From NCBI GenBank assembly GCA_000004985.1, contig GG738856.1: a stretch of DNA of 64,000 bases. The stretch is one strand, 5' to 3'. The notes under the pieces were generated by a model. It worked only from the letters and a program-made list of their open reading frames with translations. It searched no databases and had not been told where the DNA came from. This document shows, in pieces, positions 45,800 through 58,611 of the stretch (its first letter is position 1; every line of letters starts with the position of its first letter). Source of the stretch: Naegleria gruberi (lineage: Eukaryota). The position numbers were made by a program, and so were the translations under genes.

Positions 45800-46979
45800 A
45801 TGCCCTCTTTTCAACATCAAGATGAATTGTTGTGGATTTTGAATAATGTAAATAATTATAGTCAAAATGTACTTCCGAATCTACTCTTCTCAACTTTGAA
45901 TCAATCATTACCAAATATACAGCTGCAGGAAACAACACCCAATGATCCACCTGATATTTTGTTCATTATATTTCAAGTGATTTTTGTAATTTTAAATTGC
46001 ATTCAGTTCGAGTAATATATTATTTACTGTTTGGTCATGGTGTGTTGAGTATGCACCTGCATTGAATGTTCAAAATAGTGAGATTTCGAATGTGACGTGG
46101 ATTTTGAGTCATCTATTTGCACATGGAAACTTTGCATTTGCATTATGTTCAGCAACTTGGAGTGTTTCTATAGCTGTAGCAATTTATGCAACAACGAAGA
46201 AGGTTAAATGGATGGAAGAAAATTATGTCTACGACATATTATTTCACATAATTTCATGGGGTGTTGCCTTAATTTCATTCATTTCAGTATTTACCTACAG
46301 AGTTTCTGCCAAATTGACTGGATTTCATGACCAACATCCAGATATTGAAAATTATATTCTCACCTTTTTCAACTTTTTTGGAGCATTCTATCTTATCATT
46401 GTAAGTATTTGTCAATTTATACTAATAAGCTGATTTCGCGTTTTCAGGCTGCTGTTGTGGACTTTTCTATTTTGTACCTTATTTGGAAGCATGTCGGGAA
46501 TGTTTTATCCAGAACTCAACTTAGGATTGTTGTCAAACAGGAAACAAAGCGAGCCCAACGCAGAATTATTGGAAAATTAAGCTTATATTTGGTCCCTTTG
46601 TAAGTATCTACCTCCTCAATATTTTGTTAATTATTCCACAAACAGTTTGGTTTCCTCTAGTTTTCAATCAATATGGCTATTATACAATGGATGTAAATAT
46701 CTAGTTGGAAGAAATGATGATAATTTTGAGTATTATTTCTACTTGCTATATAGTATCTTTGTTCCAATGCAAGGATTTTTAAATTTCCTAGTTTTTGGTC
46801 TGACATTGGGAAGGTCAGCACTTGTTAAACTTTTACGATGTGATTGCCTTAGGGGCAAATATACAACTTCAGAAGAAAGAGAGTCCTTATTGAGCATTAA
46901 CAATACTATGCTTAATTCCTTAAATTCCAATGTTGGTGTTGGTAGAGAACGTTCTGCATCTGATGATCTAAGTTCATGA
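45800..46979 (+). CDS. 7-transmembrane receptor-like protein (GPCR-like), 4 exons join(45800..46011,46079..46400,46448..46599,46646..46979)
   Basis: Six to seven hydrophobic helices spread over four in-frame exon pieces, joined by phase-consistent GTAATA/GTAAGT..AG introns of 47-67 nt. Cytoplasmic Ser-rich tail. Family assignment (cAMP-receptor/Git3-like) not secure. First exon is inferred. Confidence 0.4.
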
Positions 46980-47432
46980 GTAATATGTTGTCTTCTATTG
47001 TTGTTGTAGTTGTGCATGACCATAGTAATTTGCAAGCCATCATCACATATCATTATAAAACGACATTATTCAACCTCTTGGTTGTGTTTGCATTTTTCAA
47101 TGAAGAAAATGCATCATGAATCCACACCTCAATTAATGAGGAAGTTTCAGTGCACTTATTCGCACTCCATTTTCTCCAATTTTTTACTTTCTAATAAAAA
47201 ACTCGGTATTATCTCTGCTGATTGACTTTAGTTTACAACAAATTTTCAACAATTATTGATAATTTTATGGCGAAATGTTTCAGGCTACCTCGCATAATTT
47301 TGAGTGTTTAATATTGAAGGTTCGGAGACTAACGTTCGATTCTTTGAAAGCACCAAACTTTTACACCAAGAAAAGATACCCCTTTAGGCTTCAATACAAT
47401 TTTCAAAAAAAGATCACAACACCTAATCTAAA

Positions 47433-49132
47433 ATGTCTTCCTTGTTAAAAGAGAGAGTCAAATGTGCTTCCTTGTTGAAGAAGGTAGTCACCCACCCAAG
47501 AGACTTGGTTTCATTGTTTAAACATGGTGATTATATTGGTATGAGTGGTTTTACTGGTATGTAATTTATTGTTGTAGGCTTGTATTCATGATTTATCTTC
47601 GGAATGATTATTTCATAAATACTACAATAATTAAAGGTGTTGGTTATCCAAAGGTTGTTCCACAAGTAAGTAAGACAATTTATCATCCATTATTCATCAA
47701 TTAATTCGGAAAGGCTTTGGCTGATCATGTCCAAGAAAACAAACTTGAAGGTAAAATGAAGTTTAATCTCTTTGTTGGTGCTTCATTAGGTGCTGAAGTT
47801 GAAGATAGATGGGCTAAATTAGATATGATTGATAGAAGATATCCTCACCAAGTCGGAAAGAACATTCAAAAGGGTATTAACGAAGGTAGAATTAGATTCT
47901 CTGACCAACACTTGTCTATGTTCTCTCAAAACTTGACTTATGGTTTTTATACTAAGGAATGTGCTAATCAAAAGAGCCCAATCAATTATGCTATTATTGA
48001 AGCTACTGAAATTAAGGAAGATGGAAGTATTATTTTGGCTGCTTCTGTTGGTGCTACACCAGAAATTCTTCACATGGCTGATAAGATTATTATTGAAGTC
48101 AATACTGCTTTGCCATCATTCGACGGTATTCATGATATTCATCTTCCTTTGGATCCTCCACACAGAAAGCCATTGATGATTGAAAATGTTCAAGATCGTA
48201 TTGGTACTACTGGATTGAAGATTGATTTGAGTAAGGTTGTTGCTATTGTTGAAAGTACTAAACCAGATAACACTGGTGGTAATGCTCCTGAAGATGAATC
48301 CAGTAAGCAAATTGCTAAGAATTTGACTGAATTCTTGATTTCCGAAGTTGACGCCAAGAGACTTCCAAAAGAATTGTTGCCACTCCAATCTGGTATTGGT
48401 AACATTGCCAATGCTGTTATTTCTGGATTGGTTGAATCTCCATTTGAAAATTTAACTGTATTTACTGAAGTTTTGCAAGATTGTTTCATTAACTTGTTCG
48501 AAGCTAACAAATTGAACTTTGCTTCTGCCACCTCTGTCAGATTGTCTGAGGAAGGTTTCAAGAAGTTCTATGCTGATTGGGATAACTATAAGAATAAGAT
48601 TGTTCTCAGACCACAAACTATTTCTAACGCTCCTGAATTGATCAGAAGACTTGGTGTCATTGCTATGAATACTCCAGTCGAATTCGATATTTATGGTCAC
48701 GTCAACTCTACCTGTGTTAATGGTTCTAGAATGATCAATGGTTTGGGTGGTTCTGGTGACTTTTTGAGAAATGGTAAGCTCTCAATTATGCACACTCCAG
48801 CTGCTAGACCATCTAAGAATGATCCAATTGGTATCACTTGTATTGTCCCAATGGTCAGTCACGTTGATCACACTGAACACGATTTGGATGTCTTTGTCAC
48901 TGAATTTGGTTATGCTGATGTTCGTGGTTTGTGTCCAAGAGACAGAGCTAAGCTTATTATTGAAAAGTGTGCTCATCCAGAATACAAACCAATTCTCCTC
49001 GACTACTTTGAAACTAACTTGAAGAAGTGTTTGAAGACTAGCTCTGCTCACCAGCCACACGACTTATCCACTGTTTTCAAGATGTACCAAAATCTCCAAG
49101 AAAAGGGTACAATGAGAATTGAACACTGGTAA
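47433..49132 (+). CDS. ACH1: acetyl-CoA hydrolase/transferase (ACH1 family), 3 exons join(47433..47556,47637..47665,47714..49132)
   Basis: MSSLLKERV...GMSGFTG | VGYPKVVPQ | [34 protein letters not shown]. Includes a 29-nt micro-exon. GTATGT and GTAAGT donors. Confidence 0.8.
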
Positions 49133-49311
49133 TCATTTTTGACGTCTGTACTTTAATTTGTAAATAAACCTAAGTTTTGGAAATACTGAACCAAGAGTTG
49201 CCATCTAAGGATTTTCTTATCATGCTAAGGTAGAAAGGCAACAAAATCAAAGTGAATTTAACACAGTACCTTAAGCAAAGCTGTCCATAATATAATTATG
49301 TGAATATATTA

Positions 49312-52300
49312 TTATTTATTTGCCTTCTTTTTCATTATCACTGATAATGGCATGTCATGTTTAAATAAGTGATTAATTAACATGGTAGAAATTTCTGCAA
49401 ATAAATCTTCGTTCATAGTAAAATCCAAAGTGTTCAATTTCATTAAATTTCCTTCCAATTTTGAAATGAATAAATCGTGATCTTGTTTGTGACCGGCTGC
49501 TCCTGGAATATTATTCTCTTGCATGTATTGTTCTTGTTTTGAGAAGAATTTTCTTGTCTTTTCCAAGAAATCACTCAATAAAATTTGTATCTGAATTGAA
49601 TGTTGATCAGCTACCCAAATATAGTATAATTTGTTAACTTGATAGAATAATTCTTTGTGATATTCATTCATTTCTGGGTCAAAATCCATCTTGGCATTCC
49701 ATTTAATGAATGGTTGATTCTTAATCATTTCATCAATCTCCTCCTGTGATGTTAATTTGTTCGTTGAGGATGAGCTTCTACTGTAACGTTTACCATCAGT
49801 TGTCTTTACAATGGATGCTCTTGTATTGGTTTGTTTGGAAGTTGAATAGGATGGGAATGCACTGGTGTGTCTTTTGGCTTTTTCTTCTAATGAAAGTTGA
49901 CTCGTGTCCTTCTTGAATTTAAATTTCATCTTTTGGAAAAATCCTAAACCTTGACTTTGAGATTTCAAACTCTTTAAGGTTTTATCTTCTTCCACTTTGA
50001 GAGAAATTCCTAGCTTCTTTGCTAATTGTTTGGCTGTTACTTTTTGATTATTTTTAATTCCAACACTACAATTGGCTGCTACTAGAATGGTAACAATTTC
50101 TTGATTTTGTTGATTGACTGCAATGTGAAGAGCAGTATCACCTGCATCATTTTGTGCATCAACATCAACTTCTCTTGCTCTTGCAAGTAGAAGAATTATA
50201 TCCTGATGTCCTTTCCTTGTTGCCAAATGAAGTGGACTATCACCATTCTTTTTATCCTTCTCATTTAAACATTCAACTATTGAATCTGTTCCTGACATGT
50301 AGTTAATTAACAATTTCAATGAATTAATATATCCAAAATTAGCACAATGATGAATAATGGTATTTCCTGCACCAGAGAGACGATTCACTATTTTAGAAAG
50401 TGTTGGCTTTCCAAATGCATCCTTAGGTGCTAAATTACCACTACCACTCAAACTTGATGATGATGAAGTTGCACTATCGAATTGATCAACAAATAACTTG
50501 TCATGCTTATTTTGCTCTTCAATTTCTAGGTATTTTGAATTTGTCAAGTGTTGTTGTTGAGTTTGATGATTTGGTGTTGAATTGGTTGGTGATGGACTCG
50601 AATTACTTGTTATATTAAATACAGATTCTTCTTCTATGGAAAGTAAATATCTACACAAATAATCAATTAAATGTGGATGTGGAGCAGCAGAATATAAACA
50701 ATGTTGATCTTCACGATTCATTCTCAAAATACTTGCACCCTTTTCCAATAGAAATTCAACCTTACTCAAATCACCCTCCTCACAACAAGTATGAAGACAT
50801 GTTTGACCTTTCTGTGTTTTAAAATTAACATCAGCACCAAACATGATTAAAGTTTTAGCAATATCTAAATATCCCTTTCTCAATGCCACACTCAGTGGTG
50901 TATTTTCAAAATTATCTTTCACATTCACTTTAGCACCACGCATCAATAAATAAACACAAGCACGAATACAATTATTGGCAACAGCATAAAAGAGTGGAGT
51001 TGAACCACCACCATCCTTCTTCTCTACCAAAGCTCTATATTCATCAATGAGAATACTAATAATTTTGAAACGATTCAAAGAGGCTGCCTTATGTAAAAGT
51101 GTCGTATTCGTTGCATCCTTATCAATATAATTTGAACTGATATTGAACACTTTGCCAGATTCTTCTCTTTCCTTCCTATCTTGTTCCAATCTATTTCTAA
51201 GTTCTTGTATGAAATTATGTTTAATATAATAATTCAATTCTTCTGTAATATCAATAAAATCAGTTCTAATTCCTTTTTGTCTTTCTAATTTAGTGGCTTC
51301 ATCCTCTTCCTCTTCTTCATTTTCTGATACTGTTACATTTGAATTTGAATTTGTTATTGTTGTTTTAGATAAAGTTGATGATTGAGAGTTGTTGGAATTA
51401 TCAACATCAATATTGGTGGATTTTTCAGAATGTTCAAATGTGGTTTCTGATAACCTGTTTGATCGTTTTTTATGGGAAATTATGAATTTGTTATCGGAAC
51501 ATTCTCTATAAATTGTTTTCTCTAAATTCATATAATCTTCTGTTGTTTTAAAATATTTCTTTCTCTTTCGTCTTTGTAAACCAGTGTTTGGATCAATACT
51601 TGGTGATTGTGGAGTTGAAGTAACTGAATCACTTATAGATAGTAATTGAATCATTATAGATGAAGGAACAGATGTTGTTCTATCCAAAGATGACAATTCA
51701 CTACCCACCACTTCATTAGAAATGTTATTCGAAATATTATTAGAAACACCTTGAGTTGTTGTAATAGATGGAATATCATCAAGTAAATCAAATAAACTAT
51801 TTTCTTGATTTTTAGATATTGTTGAAGATGAATGATTATTCAAATTAGTTGAATTATTCGAATTATTATTCGATGATGGTGATGAACGAATTAATTGTTG
51901 TTTAAAATTATTACTTGTTGATGATGGCCTCAGTGATGACATGTTAGAAAATGTTCTCATCAATGGACTTGTATCTTCTCCACCACCACCATTATTAGCA
52001 GCAACAGAAACAGCAGTAACAGTAGTACTACCATTACCTATAACCTCACCAGTTCTATCATCATCACCAGTATTAGTGATGGATGACGAAAAAGCCTTCA
52101 TTGACAAGCCTTTACAAGATGACAAAGATGATGCTAGCACCTCTTCTTCTTCTGAGGAGGATAATTGATTTAAATGATTGGAACAAGTTGTACTCGTTGA
52201 TGATGATAATAATTGTTTCTCATTCTTTGGAACAATAGAATCATGATTGATATTATTAGCAATAGCATCAGACTGTAGATGGCACTGCTGGCAAGTGTTA

Positions 52301-52356
52301 TGGTTGTTTGACATTTTTTTGGTTGAAGAATATAACGCAATTCTTGTCTGTGTCAT
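49312..52356 (-). CDS. large ankyrin-repeat protein (1014 aa) with N-terminal low-complexity region and C-terminal non-ANK domain
   Basis: At least 8 ANK repeats (TPLFYAVANNCIRACVYLLMRGAKVN, TPLSVALRKGYLDIAKTLIMFGADVN, SPLHLATRKGHQDIILLL). Confidence 0.7.
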   Translation of the reverse strand: MTQTRIALYSSTKKMSNNHNTCQQCHLQSDAIANNINHDSIVPKNEKQLLSSSTSTTCSNHLNQLSSSEEEEVLASSLSSCKGLSMKAFSSSITNTGDDDRTGEVIGNGSTTVTAVSVAANNGGGGEDTSPLMRTFSNMSSLRPSSTSNNFKQQLIRSSPSSNNNSNNSTNLNNHSSSTISKNQENSLFDLLDDIPSITTTQGVSNNISNNISNEVVGSELSSLDRTTSVPSSIMIQLLSISDSVTSTPQSPSIDPNTGLQRRKRKKYFKTTEDYMNLEKTIYRECSDNKFIISHKKRSNRLSETTFEHSEKSTNIDVDNSNNSQSSTLSKTTITNSNSNVTVSENEEEEEDEATKLERQKGIRTDFIDITEELNYYIKHNFIQELRNRLEQDRKEREESGKVFNISSNYIDKDATNTTLLHKAASLNRFKIISILIDEYRALVEKKDGGGSTPLFYAVANNCIRACVYLLMRGAKVNVKDNFENTPLSVALRKGYLDIAKTLIMFGADVNFKTQKGQTCLHTCCEEGDLSKVEFLLEKGASILRMNREDQHCLYSAAPHPHLIDYLCRYLLSIEEESVFNITSNSSPSPTNSTPNHQTQQQHLTNSKYLEIEEQNKHDKLFVDQFDSATSSSSSLSGSGNLAPKDAFGKPTLSKIVNRLSGAGNTIIHHCANFGYINSLKLLINYMSGTDSIVECLNEKDKKNGDSPLHLATRKGHQDIILLLARAREVDVDAQNDAGDTALHIAVNQQNQEIVTILVAANCSVGIKNNQKVTAKQLAKKLGISLKVEEDKTLKSLKSQSQGLGFFQKMKFKFKKDTSQLSLEEKAKRHTSAFPSYSTSKQTNTRASIVKTTDGKRYSRSSSSTNKLTSQEEIDEMIKNQPFIKWNAKMDFDPEMNEYHKELFYQVNKLYYIWVADQHSIQIQILLSDFLEKTRKFFSKQEQYMQENNIPGAAGHKQDHDLFISKLEGNLMKLNTLDFTMNEDLFAEISTMLINHLFKHDMPLSVIMKKKANK

Positions 52357-52820
52357 ACCGTGTATGGATAGTCACAAAATTGAATCGCACCTGCCTGATT
52401 TAATTTAACAACGAAATGAGAAATGGATGGCACAATTAATTGAGATGATTCTTAATTGGTGAACTCACATATTATATTGTGAATTCATTTGTTTTCATGT
52501 TATTTCGTTATAATTACAGAAAGTAATGGGGTTGTACTTTTGGTTGATGATGAGAAAATTTTAAATAAGGTTTACTAATTAAAAGAATCCAATAGGATTC
52601 AACAAAATAATGAAAAGTAAACAATAAGCTTCAAAATTATCATCTCTTTCAATACATACACTCAAACACTTTAAAGTCGTCGACTACTCTGTCCACACTT
52701 TCCCTAGTGATATCACTCTTCATTCAAGAAAACCTTAGTTTCTCAGTTCAGTTTATTCATATCTGAAACCTTTAGGCGGGTAAAAGGAAAATCTTCACTT
52801 CAAAACTCTGAAAAAACAAA

Positions 52821-53951
52821 ATGACACTCACAAATGCTGATACACTACCAATAGTAATGACATTTCTTGATGTAAAATCAGTGATATTATCATGTTCACT
52901 TGTATCTAGAGAGTGGAATCATTTAACAAGATTAAATTCCATATGGAAGTTAAAATATGAACAAATATTCATGGAGAGTGTATTTAATTGGACTAAACAT
53001 GTTACAAATTCTTCTAATGATGATGATGATTCCGATTCTGATTCTGATTCGAAAGATGAATCTTCTGATAATTCATCATCTTCAGAATCGGAAGGAAGAA
53101 AAAGAAAAAAAAGAAAGAAAATTAAAAAGTCAAAGAAACAAAAAACAAGAAAATCCAATCAAGAAGATTACTATTGGTTTAATTTATTTAAAAAATGTAT
53201 ATTACTATTTCCTATTTTAGATATTGAATATGAAAATGTTGAACTACTTGCCAATCAATTAGATTACAATGAAATTAAAAAAATTACAAATGTTCAACAA
53301 TTACATGAAATAATTTACCACTTGAAAGAAACTATTAGAAATCAAGAAAATGGTCAATCTCAACTCACTTCTGATTATCAATATAAATTTCACAACAGTA
53401 AGGCACTAACTCTAAACAAGGAAATGAAAGCTAATTTAATGCAATTAGCAACAATATTAACAGTTTTATATGATGGACAATCAATATTCTATTTTACAGA
53501 TAATGTTTTAATTAGAGTTAAAAAGGAAATGTGGCAATGGGCTCATGAAGATGAAATTGATTGTTTTGAATGTACTTTACCTGCTTTTTGCATGTTGGTT
53601 CTCTATCCTAAAGCTGAAGAAAATATTCCCTTAAAGAAGATGAAGAAAAAGTATCATTTAATGGTATCTCCATCTATAGAAAATCATAAAAGGGAAGAAG
53701 AATCAGACTCAGAATCAGACAATGATGATGAAAAAGAAGGAGGGAGAGTACTCAATACAACAAATTCATGTTTCTGGTTAGATATGATGGGATACTCTGA
53801 ACCTGAAGGAAAGAATGATATTTGTTTTTGTAATTACTTTGATTGGTGTCCAAATTTCATTTCCTCAGAAAATTCAACCAACAATTCTCCAACCATTAAT
53901 ACATCAATGAATACAAAGAAGAGAACTATTCAGATATCAAAGTATGAATAA
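52821..53951 (+). CDS. F-box protein with acidic/Lys-rich linker
   Basis: N-terminal LPIVMTFLDVKSVILSCSLVSREWNHLTRLNSIWK F-box consensus. Confidence 0.5.
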   Translation: MTLTNADTLPIVMTFLDVKSVILSCSLVSREWNHLTRLNSIWKLKYEQIFMESVFNWTKHVTNSSNDDDDSDSDSDSKDESSDNSSSSESEGRKRKKRKKIKKSKKQKTRKSNQEDYYWFNLFKKCILLFPILDIEYENVELLANQLDYNEIKKITNVQQLHEIIYHLKETIRNQENGQSQLTSDYQYKFHNSKALTLNKEMKANLMQLATILTVLYDGQSIFYFTDNVLIRVKKEMWQWAHEDEIDCFECTLPAFCMLVLYPKAEENIPLKKMKKKYHLMVSPSIENHKREEESDSESDNDDEKEGGRVLNTTNSCFWLDMMGYSEPEGKNDICFCNYFDWCPNFISSENSTNNSPTINTSMNTKKRTIQISKYE

Positions 53952-54010
53952 GATTTTTGTACAACAGAATAGGCAAACAGACTATCAGTCAATTGGAATA
54001 ATACCACCTG

Positions 54011-55516
54011 TTGGTAGTCCTAAAACTTGAAATTAACAAGTCAATCAAGAAATTAAACATATTTCAATCGGATTTGAAGATACTAAAAATTCTAAGTGAA
54101 ATGACAAGATTTAATTCCTCACTTGAACGTTTAATAAACATTATCAAGCCTAATTATTATTTGTTTACAAAAAAAATGATCAATAAGAAATCTCATCATA
54201 AAAAGCCTTTTGATCATCGTAATCATGATCATGATAATACAATAGATCATGTTCCGATGATGGTAGGTGAAAAATCACTACTTGAAATAGGTTCCGATTG
54301 TATTTTGGAAATATTTAAATATCATGTTGAAACATCTGATGATATTTTAGTATTATCACATACATGTTCAGATTTTAAACAATTAATTAATACAAATACG
54401 GAAATTTGGACTTGTAAAATTAAATCAATATTTAAAAGAAAGGCTTTACAATTTCAAAATTTCAAAGTTAATAGAGTTGATTTGTTAAATCAATTTTTAT
54501 TAAATAATTTAACAGATAATTATTATTTACTTCCAGAAAAGGAAGTTTATCAATTTTCTAAAAAAAATGGTGGAGAATTTATTAATATGATTACAAATAC
54601 AAATGATTTAATCAAGTATTTTAAATATGAAAAACAAGTTGAATCTGATTTTAATAATAGAAATTTCATTTATTCCAAATTAGGAAATCTATTTGAATGG
54701 ATTCAAAGAATTTTTATAATCTTATTTTGTATTTATATTTCATTCCAAGAATATTATGTGGTCATGAAAACAGCATTAGATTTAAATATATATAGTTGGG
54801 TTAAATATTCTGATTTAATTATTTATACTTCTCTAATTTTGGAATCTTTAATTATTTTTATAGATGTTTTTATTTTGTGCTATTTTAGTGAATTTATTTT
54901 AAATATTAAAAAATCCATTAAAAGAGCCTATTCAAAAATTACATACACGCGCAGATATAAAATTATAGTACTCATTCTAATTCTATCAATTGCATCATTA
55001 TTTATTAGAATTATGTTTTATTTTAATAATGATAGTGATGGTTCTCTTTTACAAGAACGTAGAAAATATTATAATGAATTGGATTTGGAAAATGCAAATA
55101 TTTTACAAAGATTTCAATTAGGTGTATTTAATGGTGAAGAAATATTTAGATCTTTAATTAACAATTTTAATTTATTACTTTCAATTCCATTGGCTTTTGG
55201 ATATTATGAAGCTTCTAAATTTTTAACGGAATTTAATACTTTATTTGTTTTTGGAGTGGGAATTTATTTACAATTATTTACTTTGATATTTTTTACTAAT
55301 ATTTTAACTCCTATTTTAGCATTTGTTATTGCTATATTAGGAGGATATTATTATAAGTATGATATTTCTAATTGGAAAAAAATATTATCAATTGCAACAT
55401 CACATTTATTTGCTTATTTGGGATTTTCATCATTTTATATATTTTTACCACATGTAATTTATTTTACTATTTGTGAGAATACTGGTCATGGAAGTTCAGA
55501 GGATATAAATTTTTAA
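54011..55516 (+). CDS. F-box-like domain fused to multi-pass transmembrane region
   Basis: LLEIGSDCILEIFKYHVETSDDILVLSHTCSDFKQLINTNTEIWTCKI, then at least 6 hydrophobic helices in the C-terminal 280 aa. Confidence 0.45.
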   Translation: MVVLKLEINKSIKKLNIFQSDLKILKILSEMTRFNSSLERLINIIKPNYYLFTKKMINKKSHHKKPFDHRNHDHDNTIDHVPMMVGEKSLLEIGSDCILEIFKYHVETSDDILVLSHTCSDFKQLINTNTEIWTCKIKSIFKRKALQFQNFKVNRVDLLNQFLLNNLTDNYYLLPEKEVYQFSKKNGGEFINMITNTNDLIKYFKYEKQVESDFNNRNFIYSKLGNLFEWIQRIFIILFCIYISFQEYYVVMKTALDLNIYSWVKYSDLIIYTSLILESLIIFIDVFILCYFSEFILNIKKSIKRAYSKITYTRRYKIIVLILILSIASLFIRIMFYFNNDSDGSLLQERRKYYNELDLENANILQRFQLGVFNGEEIFRSLINNFNLLLSIPLAFGYYEASKFLTEFNTLFVFGVGIYLQLFTLIFFTNILTPILAFVIAILGGYYYKYDISNWKKILSIATSHLFAYLGFSSFYIFLPHVIYFTICENTGHGSSEDINF

Positions 55517-56354
55517 TTTTATCGTTTCTGGATAGAAGAACTTTGATTGTGGTTGTAATAAGGCAAGTAGTCGTTTGGTAGAACTATTCGAATAAATTGA
55601 ATGGTTGATGAGTGAGGACTGTTACAAAACATGTTACTATCACAAGGATCCTTGACAGTATGTAATATTTCTCACTAACACATCTGATGCTTCAATAATT
55701 GTGAGCCACTTTTCATCCCAAATATTCTATTAAATTCATTATCATCCCAACAATTTGTTTCAAAAAAACTGTAGATCAAATGAGTAAAACCCATTTCATT
55801 GTATTTTGATATGGAGACTTTACAATGAAATCTATTCAAGAGACTCTTTTATTTCAGATATGATACTACTTACAAGTTGGAGATACGCTCAACTTGTATT
55901 GAAATAATTAGATTTATTAGCAATAATACCTTCAATTATTAGAAAGATTGACTTTTTCCTTTTTAGTATTGACACAATTCCGCTTGTCATTTTACAATGT
56001 GCACCAATCAGAGTGTTACATTTTTCAGTACAAAATATATTTAATATTATTATACAATCAGATACTTCACTCTGCTGAACCTAACTTTCGTTTCCTTTCA
56101 CACTGAATCGAACTAATGTTTAAATTCTAACATAAAAATCACCAATGTCACTACTATTTCAGCTTCAGTGGAAGATTCTACTTCAGTTGAAAATTGACGT
56201 CTTTATCGGCAATGGTTTTTTGAAAAGGGAAACTTTTTTCAAAGCCTAAAAAAAATCGCTTGACATTAGACTGAAACAATTTCAGTGATTTACAAGCAAT
56301 CTACCTCAACACCACTCTAATAACAGTGAACCAAACTAATTACTTTGAGAGTAA

Positions 56355-58449
56355 ATGTATTATAATAATATGATGGCAACTACAACATCAACTGAAGAAC
56401 ATGATATATTTCAATATCATTCTAATTTTCAAATTCTATCCAATGGAAGTAAATCAACAACAACAACTTCACCTAACAAACAACAACAACCTTTAAATTC
56501 TACCGATACTACTATTACTACTACTAACGATACATTATCATCTCTATCAACTGATAATATACCAATGGCTATTTCACCCTCCTTGTTATCGGTAGAAGAT
56601 TCTACAACAGTCTACAGTACAAGTTGTAATGATTCATCACTCATGATGGATCAACAATCTTCATCATCACTCGTTTCTTCATCCATTATAAACTCAACAA
56701 TATCTAATAATAATAATATTAATAATAATATTAATAACAATAACAATAATAACAATAATAATAATATTAACGGTTCAATTCCACTAATAACACTCAACCA
56801 AGAACAAAATGGTTCAGATCATGATGAATTAATTGATGTACATAGTTCATCATCCCCTAATCAATCACCTTCACATTCAACTGGAACACCGACAGATGAA
56901 GATTCGTTTACCTTCTCCAATTTAAATTGTTCTAATAGAAGTATTAATATTGCAATAACACCAACAACAAGTTTAAATGATTTAACTGTGGAATCATCAA
57001 GTGATTCATTATTATTATCAGATAATTATTCATTACAATATCCTCAATACTATTCTAATCAGACAGATCCTAAAAATTTACTTTTCCAATATTGTGTTGA
57101 GGGAAAGGAAGATTTATTTATTGAATTGTTAAAAGAACAAATTGAATCACCAAATCAAACATTGGGAAATTCATCACTTGATGCTAATAGAGTTTTAACA
57201 AGTCAATTCATTTATCATGATTTTGATAAATGTACTCTATTTCATTTATCAAGTAAATTTAATAGAGTCAATTCAATGGAGAAAATGTTGGAATATTTAC
57301 CTTCAATTTTAACATTTAAAGATTCAAAACAAGCTAATTGTTTATTTTATGCAGTTTCTAATAATTCAAAAGAAGCTTGTGCTCTAGTTTGTAATTATTA
57401 TTCAATGATAAATGGTTTATCAGATAAGAAATTTACAAATGAATTAGACATGTATGGTAATTGTTGTTTATATTTGGCAATGCAAAAATCTTTTTATGAA
57501 TTGGCTGATTTACTTTTATTATTTGGTGCTAATATTGATATTAGTTTTAAAACAGGTGAAACAATGTTACATAGAGCTATAACAGAGAGAAGATTAGATA
57601 TTGTTGAATATTTATCAAAGAAGGGTGCAAATTTATTGAAACAAAATCAAAATAATGTAAGTAGCTTTTTTTTTACCATTACTGGAAAGGTATTTAATCT
57701 TTTTGAACTATGTGTTGATTTTAAAATGTCAATTGATAATTGAACTATTTGTTGATAATTGATTCAATTGATTTATATCTTCTATAATATAATAGGAAAA
57801 TCCATTATTTAATGTATTTGTTCATCAGAAAAAGAAGGAAACCAATGTAAATACAAGTCAAGATAGTATCAATAGTACTGGTAGTAATGGTGGTAATAAC
57901 AAGACACCAACAAGTTTAGAATCACCAACTCATAGTGCACCACTCTTTTCATCAAATAATTCAAATTTCTGTAGAAATGGAGCTCTATTTTTACAAAATC
58001 TATTGAAAAGTAATGCATTTTCAAGTGAAATTATAATGAAAGGATTAAAACAAAAGAATTCTCATGGACGTACAATGTTTCAAGAATGTATTGTAAAAGG
58101 AGATTTACCAAGTTTTAAAGTACTAGTTGCCTATTTAACAACAAGAGAAAATTCAGAACAAACTCTTTCATGGTTTGTGAATGATGTTGAAAATCAAAAA
58201 CAAAGAACTTCACTTCATTTATCAGTTGCTTACAAACAATTTCACATGTGTAAGATTCTAGTTGATGCCATTCCAGGTATTGCTAAATTAGATACACTTG
58301 ATTCTGATGGTAAAACTGCAATGGATTTGGCAAGAGAAACAAATCAGGAAAATACCATTCAATTTTTCAATGAAATTCAACAATTACAGAAAGAAAAGAA
58401 AAGTTCTGGATTTGGTTTTAAAAAATTATTTAGAAGACTGAAAAAGTAA
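56355..58449 (+). CDS. ankyrin-repeat protein with Asn-rich N-terminus, 2 exons join(56355..57656,57796..58449)
   Basis: GTAAGT donor at 57657 and AATAG acceptor at 57795, phase 0. ANK repeats in both exons (TMLHRAITERRLDIVEYLSKKGANL, TSLHLSVAYKQFHMCKILV). Confidence 0.6.
56695..56790 (+). repeat. coding (AAT)n / (AAC)n microsatellite giving poly-Asn
   Basis: Inside the ankyrin gene's N-terminal exon. Similar tracts occur at 3768..3810, 59462..59590 and 62985..63075. Confidence 0.7.
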
Positions 58450-58611
58450 ATTGTACATATTTTGTAAACTTACTATTATTATTGAAATAATAATAATAAT
58501 GGATCTCATACAACAACAACAACAACAACATTATCAAATAATTTATCATCATCAACATCATCAACATCAACAACAATAACATTACAAAGTGCTCAACAAT
58601 TTTTCAAAAAT

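Noticed and set aside
47300-47345. tRNA-like T-loop string GTTCGATTC
   Set aside because: No complementary T-stem, no acceptor stem and no D-arm could be folded around it. It lies in the ACH1 5' flank.
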